Notes under the pieces: model-generated
Told to the model about the DNA's origin: nothing
Database searches by the model: none
The model's input: the letters and a program-made list of their open reading frames with translations, nothing else
Shown here: one piece after another, positions 29,053-37,261 of the stretch
How the letters are laid out: each line of letters opens with the position of its first letter
How positions within the stretch are numbered: the first letter of the stretch is position 1
Source: Candidatus Nomurabacteria bacterium
GTDB lineage: Bacteria > Patescibacteriota > Minisyncoccia > Phycocordibacterales > UBA9973
DNA: 64,000 bases
Direction of reading: 5' to 3'
Assembly (NCBI GenBank): GCA_943356675.1
Contig: CALRFQ010000002.1
Span: 1,433-65,432 of the forward strand
Made by a program: the position numbers and the translations under genes

Positions 29053-29994
29053 ATGAAAATCAAAACAGCAGAATTCGTGAGTCCAAAGCATCCAGACAAG
29101 ATTTGTGATTTTATCGCAGATTCTATTCTTGATGCATATTTATCAGGGGACAAGCGTAGTCGCGTAGCTATTGAAGTCATGGGCGGCCACAATCTTATTA
29201 CTATCAATGGCGAGGTTACTTCGCTTTCAGAGCCAGATATTGAAAAAGTAGTGAAGGATATTGTCGGCATAGATTACAGAGTGATTATAAATATCGTAAA
29301 GCAAAGCCCTGAGATCGCTCAAGGTGTAGACACTGGCGGTGCCGGCGACCAAGGTATAATGCTCGGCTACGCTACAAGTGAGACTGAAGAACTCCTACCT
29401 CTTGAATACAAGCTTGCAAGGAATTTGTGCGAGAAAGTTTACGAGAAGTATCCATACGATGGCAAGACTCAAGTGACTGTGAATGATGGCAAGGTGACGA
29501 CAGTCGTCGCAAGTTTCCAAAATTCTAAAAATGCAGATTTACTTCCTCTTGTGCAAAGTATCATCGAAGCAGATGAATACCTTATCAATCCTGCAGGTGA
29601 ATGGGTGCAAGGCGGATTCGATGCCGACACTGGTCTCTCCGGCCGCAAGCTCATAGTGGACAACTACGGTCCAGAAATTTCAATTGGAGGTGGTTCATAT
29701 TCAGGCAAGGATTATACAAAGGTGGATCGCTCAGGTGCATACATGGCTCGCAAAATTTCAGTTGATATTTTGAAAAAGCGAGGTGCCAAGGAAGTCCGCA
29801 CCAAGCTCGCATATGCTATAGGCAAAGCAGAGCCTGTAATGGCTATCTCAATAGTGGATGGAGTGGAAGAAGAGATTGCAGGCTACGACCTCACGCCAAA
29901 GGGTATTCGTGAATTCTTAAAGCTCGATGAAGTAATATATAAAGACACATGCACATGGGGCCACTATGGTCACAACTTCAATTGGGATAAATAG
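29053..29994 (+). CDS. metK: S-adenosylmethionine synthetase (compact MetK)
   Basis: HPDKICDFIADSILDA, GAGDQG and GGGSYSGKDYTKVDRSGAYMARK motifs. Start set at MKIKTAEF (29053); the upstream ORF-track extension MSLFFLIIRK... looks non-coding. Confidence 0.85.
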   Translation: MKIKTAEFVSPKHPDKICDFIADSILDAYLSGDKRSRVAIEVMGGHNLITINGEVTSLSEPDIEKVVKDIVGIDYRVIINIVKQSPEIAQGVDTGGAGDQGIMLGYATSETEELLPLEYKLARNLCEKVYEKYPYDGKTQVTVNDGKVTTVVASFQNSKNADLLPLVQSIIEADEYLINPAGEWVQGGFDADTGLSGRKLIVDNYGPEISIGGGSYSGKDYTKVDRSGAYMARKISVDILKKRGAKEVRTKLAYAIGKAEPVMAISIVDGVEEEIAGYDLTPKGIREFLKLDEVIYKDTCTWGHYGHNFNWDK

Positions 29995-29996
29995 CA

Positions 29997-30040
29997 ATTA
30001 TAACATTCTCACATTCTCAAGAATGTGAGAATGTTATAAT
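29997..30040. repeat. palindromic repeat element A (aacattctcacattctcaagaatgtgagaatgtt), copy 1 of 4
   Basis: Near-perfect 34-44-bp palindrome between metK and the next gene. Its right arm creates TGTTATAAT 9 nt before ATG 30050. Other copies at 47475, 49592 and 52471. Confidence 0.8.
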
Positions 30041-30049
30041 AAGGTACAC

Positions 30050-30562
30050 ATGAAAAATAAAATTGTAAAAGTAAATGACAAAATGCAAAAGGGGTATACA
30101 TATGAACTCTCTGCAAGAATAGGCAAGGATTTCGCCCCAGACTTCAAGCCGGACCTCACTCCCAAGCAAATGCTTGCGATGGGGATCTTCGGCGGAGTAT
30201 ATATGCGCGATTGTAAAAAAGAATTTCCGAAAGATTGGTTTACAAAAGCTAAATTTGCGAAAGGTGATGCTCACGATCCAGAATTAAATTATTTCAAAGT
30301 GAGTGCTAGTCAGTCACTTTCCGAGTGGAGAAAGAAAGGATGGGTGAGTGAAGTGGATCCTCGTGGATGGTTCCAGTGGTATTGCCGTTACTATATGGGT
30401 CGCAGGCTTCTAAAGGAGGATGCTCGCCAGATAAAGCGCTGGAATGCTATCCGCCGCCACATCGGCCAGATCGTGGCAAACTGCCGCCCTGGCGACACTC
30501 TCTGCCGTCCTCGCCAACGCCAAGCACTCCTTCACTGGGCTTACAATACAAAAAATATTTAA
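30050..30562 (+). CDS. hypothetical protein (170 aa)
   Basis: ORF. AT-rich 5' half and GC-rich 3' half. No family assigned. Confidence 0.4.
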   Translation: MKNKIVKVNDKMQKGYTYELSARIGKDFAPDFKPDLTPKQMLAMGIFGGVYMRDCKKEFPKDWFTKAKFAKGDAHDPELNYFKVSASQSLSEWRKKGWVSEVDPRGWFQWYCRYYMGRRLLKEDARQIKRWNAIRRHIGQIVANCRPGDTLCRPRQRQALLHWAYNTKNI

Positions 30563-30705
30563 TCGTTATGTTATAATCAAAAAATGGATCCCGTTAGAAA
30601 TCGCGGTCACAATTTATTTCTAGTAGGATTTATTTATTAATTTAATTTTAGTAGGTATATACGCGGGTATCTTTATTTTATGATCGCGACCTATTTCTAA
30701 TCGGG

Positions 30706-31269
30706 ATGGATATTTTAGCACACACATTATGGGCCAATTATGGTTCACGTAAGGCGAACCGCATGATAGATAAGAGGAATGAGAAGAAGCCGGAGGCGAA
30801 GCCGGTAAAGAAATTAAACGTAGTAGCTACATCAATCTTTGGAGTTGCTCCAGACTTTTTTGCATTTACTTCGCCGTTTATTTTAATGCTTTGGAATTTG
30901 CTGTCTGGTAAAGCCACACTCTCTTCATTCTCTCACCACGGTCCACCCACCGAAGGTCTCGACCTTGCATCATATTTATACCAATTCAGTCATAGTCTTG
31001 TGATTTTTGCTATTGTGTTCATTCTCGTATGGGTCCTTTACAAGCGCCCACGATTCGAGCTCCTCGGCTGGGCTCTGCACATACTTATCGACATTCCTTC
31101 ACACGCAATTTCATTTTTCCCGACACCATTTCTTTTCCCAATATCAGAATACCGATTCCCATATGGAGTGTCTTGGGGTAATAAGTGGTATATGATTGTG
31201 AATTATTCATTGCTACTCATCTGCGCGGCATATATGATGCTTTCGCAAAAGAAATTAGACAAAAAATAA
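30706..31269 (+). CDS. hypothetical membrane protein (187 aa)
   Basis: ORF with a Lys-rich N-terminus and several hydrophobic helices. Confidence 0.4.
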   Translation: MDILAHTLWANYGSRKANRMIDKRNEKKPEAKPVKKLNVVATSIFGVAPDFFAFTSPFILMLWNLLSGKATLSSFSHHGPPTEGLDLASYLYQFSHSLVIFAIVFILVWVLYKRPRFELLGWALHILIDIPSHAISFFPTPFLFPISEYRFPYGVSWGNKWYMIVNYSLLLICAAYMMLSQKKLDKK

Positions 31270-31270
31270 T

Positions 31271-31504
31271 ATGATATACATAGACGTGCGTACGAAAGGT
31301 GAATACGATAGTGGTCACAAGGAAGATGCCACAAACCACGACATTATGGATATGATGTCTGGCAAGTTTCCAGACTTTCCTAAAGATACTGAAATCACTT
31401 TATATTGTGAGTCCGGCAACCGCTCAATGATGGCAAAGGCTATGATGGAGCAAGCAGGATTTACAAAAGTCACCGATGGTGGCGGAGTGGATAACTTTAT
31501 CTAG
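31271..31504 (+). CDS. single-domain rhodanese-like sulfurtransferase
   Basis: IDVRTKGEY...LYCESGNRS active-site loop with the Cys characteristic of rhodanese domains. Confidence 0.7.
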   Translation: MIYIDVRTKGEYDSGHKEDATNHDIMDMMSGKFPDFPKDTEITLYCESGNRSMMAKAMMEQAGFTKVTDGGGVDNFI

Positions 31505-31530
31505 ACAAGTTTAATAAAATGGTATAATGG

Positions 31531-32502
31531 ATGCATATGAAAAAATATAAAACATATGCATTTTTGTTTGTCTTAAGTTTATTAGTAACAACAAGTGTGG
31601 TATTAGCAGAAGATAATGGTGTTGAAGGAGATAGTAATCTTCCTCCTAGGCCAGAACTTCGTGGTGGTGAATTAAAAGATGCTAGAGAAGCTCTTAAGAA
31701 TGATCGTGAAGCATTAAGAGAAGCTGATAAAGCAAAGGCTGAAGCAATGCGTGAACAGCTTAAGAATGATCGCGAGAAAGCAAAGGAAGAGATAAAGAAA
31801 TCTCGTGATGAATTCAAAGCAGGTATTAAAGAGGATAAAGAGAACGCAAAGGATCTTATCAAGGCTAAGCGTGAGGACCTTATAAATGCAACAGTAGAGA
31901 ACCGTGAAGCATTCAAGAAAGAGATTGAAGACAAGAAGGAAGAAATGAAGCAATCTCGTGAAGAAATGAAGGCTAAATTCAAGGATGAACTTGGCAAGAT
32001 TAAGGATGAAGCCAAGAAGGTAAAAGCTGAGAACATCGCAAACAACATCGCGACAGTAAATGAAAATTTGATTGCGAAGAATACAAAGCTCGTAGCAGAC
32101 ATCGAGACAGTACTCGTAGCTATCGAATCTCGTGCAGATAAGGCAGCAGCAAATGGTGCAGATGTAGCAGCAGTGCGTAGTGCTATTACAAGTGCGGAGC
32201 AAGCTATAGCCGATGCTCGTGCTGCAATAGCAGTGCAATCAGGCAAGACTTACACAACTACAATCAGTAGTGATGCTACAGTAAAGACTGATCTTCAAGC
32301 AGTTCGTGATTTGTTCCGTGCAGATGTAAAGGTGATGAATGCGGCTGTAAAGGCAGCTCATAAGGCTACAAGAGGTGCTGCAGAATTATTAAAAGAAATT
32401 CCAAAGGTTGATGAAGCTGAAGTAGAAGACTCTGCATCTGCTACAAGTACACCAGCAGCGACAGACACTACAGCAACTACAACTACTACAACAACTAACT
32501 AA
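31531..32502 (+). CDS. secreted coiled-coil repeat protein with Thr-rich C-terminal tail
   Basis: Signal-peptide-like N-terminus, degenerate repeats (REALKNDREALREADKAKAE...) and a terminal TATTTTTTTN run. Confidence 0.5.
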   Translation: MHMKKYKTYAFLFVLSLLVTTSVVLAEDNGVEGDSNLPPRPELRGGELKDAREALKNDREALREADKAKAEAMREQLKNDREKAKEEIKKSRDEFKAGIKEDKENAKDLIKAKREDLINATVENREAFKKEIEDKKEEMKQSREEMKAKFKDELGKIKDEAKKVKAENIANNIATVNENLIAKNTKLVADIETVLVAIESRADKAAANGADVAAVRSAITSAEQAIADARAAIAVQSGKTYTTTISSDATVKTDLQAVRDLFRADVKVMNAAVKAAHKATRGAAELLKEIPKVDEAEVEDSASATSTPAATDTTATTTTTTTN

Positions 32503-32510
32503 TAAATTAT

Positions 32511-32747
32511 ATGAATAAAAATACAACACTTACAATTTTTGCAGTTATCGTTATCGTTTTACTTGGCTTGGTTGTTTGGAAATATTCTGCAAAGAAGGAA
32601 GTTCCACTTACTCCAGCACAAGAGCTAAATAGTGCAACACAGTCAGACACAACTACTTCTATCGATGAAAGTCTTAATTCTATAAATACAGATAGTACTA
32701 TAGACGCAGACTTAAATTCTGTAGACGCAGATTTGAAAACTCTTTAA
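32511..32747 (+). CDS. small membrane-anchored protein (78 aa)
   Basis: ORF with an N-terminal TM helix. Confidence 0.35.
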   Translation: MNKNTTLTIFAVIVIVLLGLVVWKYSAKKEVPLTPAQELNSATQSDTTTSIDESLNSINTDSTIDADLNSVDADLKTL

Positions 32748-32943
32748 TTTTTATTAGGACATATGGGTTTATTAGTATATACTCCTCCAGTCGGTTTAGT
32801 ATAACTAATTTCTTAAATACATATGTCAGACGAAATAATAAAAGAAGACGAAGTAGTAGTAGAAGTTCCTGTGGAAGCTCCAGAGGAAACACCTACAGAG
32901 GAAACTCCTTCTGAAGAGACTCCTGCATAATAATAAATGCTTT

Positions 32944-32976
32944 AAAATGCCCCGCGGACTACCGCGGGGCATTTTA
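32944..32976. terminator. strong bidirectional rho-independent terminator
   Basis: aaaatgccccgcgg-acta-ccgcggggcatttt. Confidence 0.7.
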
Positions 32977-32977
32977 A

Positions 32978-33006
32978 TTGACAAAAATCCATTAATATCC
33001 TATTAT
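32978..33006 (+). promoter_or_regulatory. sigma70-like promoter (TTGACA, 17-nt spacer, TATTAT)
   Basis: Consensus -35 with optimal spacing immediately after the terminator. Confidence 0.45.
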
Positions 33007-33101
33007 TTCTTGATACAGTTCTTTAAATTTTGAGTAGTTTAGTTTGTGGCTCTTTGGATATCAGTCTCTGGTATCTAGTGAGCCACAAGGCTAAACATTA
33101 T

Positions 33102-33620
33102 ATGACACAGTTAACAAACGCAAAAAAAGAAGAAGAGGTAAAAGTAAAATTACCCGACGGAAGAATTTTAAGATTCTATCCTGTAGAATCAGATGAAGGT
33201 GTAGAGCAGAAGTATTCATTCGATATCGAAGGCGATGCCGAAATGACTACAAAGCTGCTTAATGCGACAAAAAAACATCGTATTAAGTACAGCTACATCA
33301 AAACCTATGCCGATAAGTTATCGAACCTGATTACTGAAGACAAGTTGACCGCCATCGTAACGGGTGAACAGATTTCAAACTATTATGAAGCATTCCGTAA
33401 GAAATTCGGTTGCCAGCCAGAATTTGAATTTTCTGAGGACAATTCAAAACCCGTAACTTCTTTTACTGCGAAATTAATTAACTCACAAATTGTTGATCAG
33501 AGCATTACCGGTTCCGGCCGAAGGAAGGCATGCGCAAAGGTAAACGCTATTAAAATCGCCCTCGGCGAAGAAAATGCCGATGAAAATGTTCAGCATGAAA
33601 ACACTCAAACCGACCACTAG
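33102..33620 (+). CDS. hypothetical protein with C-terminal dsRBD-like motif
   Basis: GSGRRKACAKVNAIKIAL resembles the C-terminal helix motif of double-stranded RNA-binding domains. The start is ambiguous; the ORF track begins at 33030. Confidence 0.4.
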   Translation: MTQLTNAKKEEEVKVKLPDGRILRFYPVESDEGVEQKYSFDIEGDAEMTTKLLNATKKHRIKYSYIKTYADKLSNLITEDKLTAIVTGEQISNYYEAFRKKFGCQPEFEFSEDNSKPVTSFTAKLINSQIVDQSITGSGRRKACAKVNAIKIALGEENADENVQHENTQTDH

Positions 33621-33643
33621 TATTAGTGGTACGCTAAAATAAA

Positions 33644-33676
33644 AAGCGAAGACCTTTATGGCCTTCGTTTTTTTGT
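33644..33676 (+). terminator. rho-independent terminator
   Basis: gcgaagacc-tttat-ggccttcg followed by a T7 run. Confidence 0.6.
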
Positions 33677-33712
33677 ATTCATATTAATCCAAATTAAGCG
33701 TATAATGTACTC

Positions 33713-34150
33713 ATGCAAATACTTTCACTTTTTATTTTAGTCGCTGGGTTCATCATCGGCCTCGGTGCTGTGACCGTGATCGACCTACACGGCTTCCTCG
33801 GCCGCAAGAGTGAGTATTGGACCCTCGCCACGACTCGCACGCACAAGGTCACCAAGCCTCTCATCTGGATCGGCATGTTCCTAGTCGCGCTTGGAGTCAC
33901 ACTACTTTACCGCATTCACTTCCTCTCATATTTCGAAATGAACATCATGATGGACATCGTAGGTATGCTCGTGGTGAATGGCTTCTTTTTATCATTCGTT
34001 ATCAGTCCGTATTTATTAGCTAAGGAGAAAGAAGGCAAGTCGAGCGAACTACTTCCCCAAGTAATGCAGAATAAAATTATTTTTAGTTTTATTGTGTCAT
34101 TCCTCGGCTGGTGGTCATTAGTATTATTATTCGTTAATTCTATAAATTAA
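33713..34150 (+). CDS. hypothetical membrane protein (145 aa), GC-rich
   Basis: ORF with TM helices. GCGTATAATGT -10 lies 6 nt before the ATG. Composition differs markedly from the neighbours. Confidence 0.4.
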   Translation: MQILSLFILVAGFIIGLGAVTVIDLHGFLGRKSEYWTLATTRTHKVTKPLIWIGMFLVALGVTLLYRIHFLSYFEMNIMMDIVGMLVVNGFFLSFVISPYLLAKEKEGKSSELLPQVMQNKIIFSFIVSFLGWWSLVLLFVNSIN

Positions 34151-34151
34151 A

Positions 34152-34550
34152 ATGAACAACTTCACAAACTACGCAGAACTTATCAAGCCCACTTGGGCGC
34201 CACCATCATGGGTATTTGGCCCAGTGTGGACAGTTTTATATATCATTATCTTTTTCACTTTTGGCAAGGTTTTCTTAATGGCATATCAGAAAGTTATTCC
34301 TCTCGTTGTCGCTCTGCCATTCTTCCTTAATCTTGTATTTAATTTTGCTTTTACTCCGCTCCAGTTTGGCCTCAAGAACAACATCCTCGCCGCCGCAGAC
34401 ATCCTCCTCGTCCTCATCACACTAGTCTGGGCACTCATCGCCATTTATCCATACATGAAGTCCATCACGTATTGGAACATCCCTTACACACTTTGGGTAT
34501 CATTTGCCACAGTTGTCCAGCTCACAATTACATATTTGAATTTTAAATAA
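34152..34550 (+). CDS. tspO: TspO/MBR family tryptophan-rich sensory protein
   Basis: KPTWAPPSWVFGPVWTVLY is a TspO N-terminal hallmark. 132 aa, 5-TM-like. Confidence 0.75.
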   Translation: MNNFTNYAELIKPTWAPPSWVFGPVWTVLYIIIFFTFGKVFLMAYQKVIPLVVALPFFLNLVFNFAFTPLQFGLKNNILAAADILLVLITLVWALIAIYPYMKSITYWNIPYTLWVSFATVVQLTITYLNFK

Positions 34551-34552
34551 TT

Positions 34553-35071
34553 ATGAATAAATCCATAAAGATAATTTTAGGTATAGCCGTAGGGTTAGTA
34601 TTGCTTGTTGCTATAGCAGGCTTTGTTCGTTTTAATTTCACAAATGGGGGAGATGTCGTAATAAAGGAAGAGACTCCTGCTGTAACAATACTTACAGCAA
34701 AATATATTCACTCGGAGACACCATGGCCACCGAAGGTAACATATTCAAAAGAAGCATTTATATGCAATGATCCCGAATGGAAATCGTCTGATGAAGTTGC
34801 GAAGATGACTAATATTGGATGGACGATAATGATTAGTGGTAAGAAGTATTGTGTAAATGAAGAAGCAGAAGGAGGAGCTGGGAGTACATACATTACATAT
34901 GAATACAGTACTTTAGTAAATACACAACTCGCAAAAGTCACTTTTACACTTAGACATATATCCTGTATGAATTATGATGAACCAGAGAGGTCAGAATGTG
35001 TCGCGGAGCAGAACTTGTATAATGCCGATTCAATTGCAAATGATTTGATTTTAGCCGATAATAAAAATTAA
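34553..35071 (+). CDS. hypothetical exported protein (172 aa)
   Basis: ORF with N-terminal TM/signal segment. Confidence 0.4.
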   Translation: MNKSIKIILGIAVGLVLLVAIAGFVRFNFTNGGDVVIKEETPAVTILTAKYIHSETPWPPKVTYSKEAFICNDPEWKSSDEVAKMTNIGWTIMISGKKYCVNEEAEGGAGSTYITYEYSTLVNTQLAKVTFTLRHISCMNYDEPERSECVAEQNLYNADSIANDLILADNKN

Positions 35072-35074
35072 TAT

Positions 35075-35569
35075 ATGAAAAACGAAATCATCACAAACCA
35101 CCCCGAGACTACCGTCGGACACATTCACCTCACAGTGTCGGACCTCGACCGCGCACTCACTTTCTACCGCGACCTTCTTGGCTTCACCGTTTCCGCTCGC
35201 TATGGCGACTCTGCCGTATTCCTCTCCGCTGGTGGCTACCATCATCACATAGGGCTCAACACTTGGGCGGGGAAAGGCGCTACACCTGCGCCCCAAGGCC
35301 ACACCGGCATGTATCATGTGGCATTCCTTTACCCATCGAGGAAGGAGCTTGCTCGCGTGCTCAAGCACATCCTAGACTCCGGCTATCCACTTGAAGGTGC
35401 ATCGGACCATATGGTGTCGGAAGCTATTTACCTCCGCGATCCAGACGGCAATGGCGTCGAGATATATGTGGATCGCCCACGTAAGGATTGGAAAGTTTCA
35501 AACGACGGCCTAGTCGAAATGGACACCCTCCCTCTCGATATGGAGGATTTACTTAAACAAGCAAATTAA
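35075..35569 (+). CDS. VOC-family (glyoxalase / extradiol dioxygenase-like) protein
   Basis: Tandem beta-alpha-beta-beta-beta modules with His/Glu metal ligands (HIHLTVSDLDR ... HHHIGLN). GC-rich. Confidence 0.7.
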   Translation: MKNEIITNHPETTVGHIHLTVSDLDRALTFYRDLLGFTVSARYGDSAVFLSAGGYHHHIGLNTWAGKGATPAPQGHTGMYHVAFLYPSRKELARVLKHILDSGYPLEGASDHMVSEAIYLRDPDGNGVEIYVDRPRKDWKVSNDGLVEMDTLPLDMEDLLKQAN

Positions 35570-35572
35570 TAT

Positions 35573-36196
35573 ATGCAAACCATCATCACCATACTCATCA
35601 TTGTCATACTGTGGTCCCTCTGGGGCTACTTCACTTCACGCGTCGAGCAAGCCGATTACAAAGTCCTGTCGAAGAATGCCGATTACGAAGTGAGAGAGTA
35701 CTCCGAGCATATCGTGGCAGAGACCGCGGTGTCTTCTTCATCATTTCGTGGTTCTATGAATTCTGGTTTCTCTATCGTCGCTGGATACATTTTCGGCGCC
35801 AATACGAAAAGTGCAAAGATCGCCATGACGGCACCCGTCGTCGAGCAGGCGAGATCCTCCGAGAAGATCGCCATGACTGCGCCTGTCACAGTAAATACGA
35901 AAGGTGACTCTAGGGTCATAGCTTTCGGCATGCCTCGCTCATACACCATGGACACTCTTCCTACTCCCACAGACCCTCGTGTGAAGCTCCGCTTAGTACC
36001 CAAGGCCAAGGTGGCTGTGCTCCGTTTCTCTTGGTCCCGCTCCGAATCCCGCGTGGAGAAGATGAAGGCCAAGCTCGCAGAGTACTTAAAGCGTGATGGC
36101 GTGGAGACCGTCGGCATTCCTAGCTACGCCGGCTACAATGCTCCTTGGACCCCACCTTGGATGAACAGGAATGAAATTTTAGTAGAAATAAAATAA
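35573..36196 (+). CDS. SOUL heme-binding-family protein
   Basis: ADYEVREY start and a duplicated IAMTAPV motif typical of the SOUL/HBP family. GC-rich. Confidence 0.6.
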   Translation: MQTIITILIIVILWSLWGYFTSRVEQADYKVLSKNADYEVREYSEHIVAETAVSSSSFRGSMNSGFSIVAGYIFGANTKSAKIAMTAPVVEQARSSEKIAMTAPVTVNTKGDSRVIAFGMPRSYTMDTLPTPTDPRVKLRLVPKAKVAVLRFSWSRSESRVEKMKAKLAEYLKRDGVETVGIPSYAGYNAPWTPPWMNRNEILVEIK

Positions 36197-36200
36197 TTTT

Positions 36201-36689
36201 ATGAATAAGAAAATGTACATTGCGGGTGGGTGCTTCTGGGGGCTTGAAGACCTTATGCGAAGGGAGATCGGCGTGAAGGATATCACCGCCGGCTACGCCG
36301 GCGGCACCACCCCGAGCCCTACCTATGAGCACCACGGCGACTACGCCGAAGCCATCGAGATAGCCTACGATCCCTCGCAGACTTCCTTCTGGAACCTCCT
36401 CGACTTTTTCTTCCAAATTCACAACCCCACCACACTCAATCAGCAGGGGAACGACATCGGCATCTCATACCGTAGCGCCATTTTCTACCAGGACGAAGAC
36501 GAGCACAAGCAAGCCGAGGACTTTATTAAAATAGTGAATGATTCCCATCGCTGGCCGAACCCCGTCGTCACCACCCTCGAGCCCTTTACCAATTTCTTCC
36601 GCGCCGAGGAATACCACCAAGACTTCCTAGAGAAGAACCCCGGCGGCTACACCTGCCATGCCATCTATTTCGATTCATATTTAAAATAG
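36201..36689 (+). CDS. msrA: peptide methionine sulfoxide reductase MsrA
   Basis: YIAGGCFWGLE catalytic motif. Confidence 0.9.
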   Translation: MNKKMYIAGGCFWGLEDLMRREIGVKDITAGYAGGTTPSPTYEHHGDYAEAIEIAYDPSQTSFWNLLDFFFQIHNPTTLNQQGNDIGISYRSAIFYQDEDEHKQAEDFIKIVNDSHRWPNPVVTTLEPFTNFFRAEEYHQDFLEKNPGGYTCHAIYFDSYLK

Positions 36690-36719
36690 ACTAATCAAAC
36701 TTCGCTCTTCGGAGCGCGT

Positions 36720-36914
36720 CTACTGTAGCTTGTCCGTAGTCTTTTTATCTCTTATATTCTCTTTTTCTGCATGTTCTAGCATTTCTTTCCAATGCTGACC
36801 AACATCAAATCCATATTTGGCTGAAATTTCTTTTTGTTTTAATAGACTCTTTTTAATTCTTTCCATTTTTTCATCTGTGCTCATTTGATTGATTTGTTTT
36901 TTACTTAATTTCAT
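36720..36914 (-). CDS. small hypothetical protein (64 aa)
   Basis: ORF only, lying at the left edge of the AT-rich island. Confidence 0.25.
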   Translation of the reverse strand: MKLSKKQINQMSTDEKMERIKKSLLKQKEISAKYGFDVGQHWKEMLEHAEKENIRDKKTTDKLQ

Positions 36915-37261
36915 ATTTGTATTATTTTTAAAATTTAATAATACTCTTTGGGCTCAAATCTGCTGACTGGGCAAAGAAAAAAGCGACTAAGAGTTTTGAT
37001 CAAGATTCGACAATCTTAATGAAATCTCCCAATCGCCTTTGGCAATCAGTCATGATAAGGTATTTGGATCCTCGCAGATTTCCCAATTCACCTACCCATT
37101 CAAGGGAACCTCACATGGTCTACAGTCTGGCAGACTCAGTGTTACCTTTAAGGGCAACAATTATATTATATAACATATATCATTTACTGACAAGTTTTTT
37201 GTCGCCATATGAGTTTCTCATATTAATGATATACTTATGAAAGTTACCTACATACAAGATT

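Noticed and set aside
29053-29994. Short MetK (313 aa) as a possible truncation or pseudogene
   Set aside because: All three MetK domains and the key motifs (HPDK, GAGDQG, GGGSYSGKD...DRSGAY) are present in order. The shortening is distributed over loops, consistent with a compact functional enzyme.
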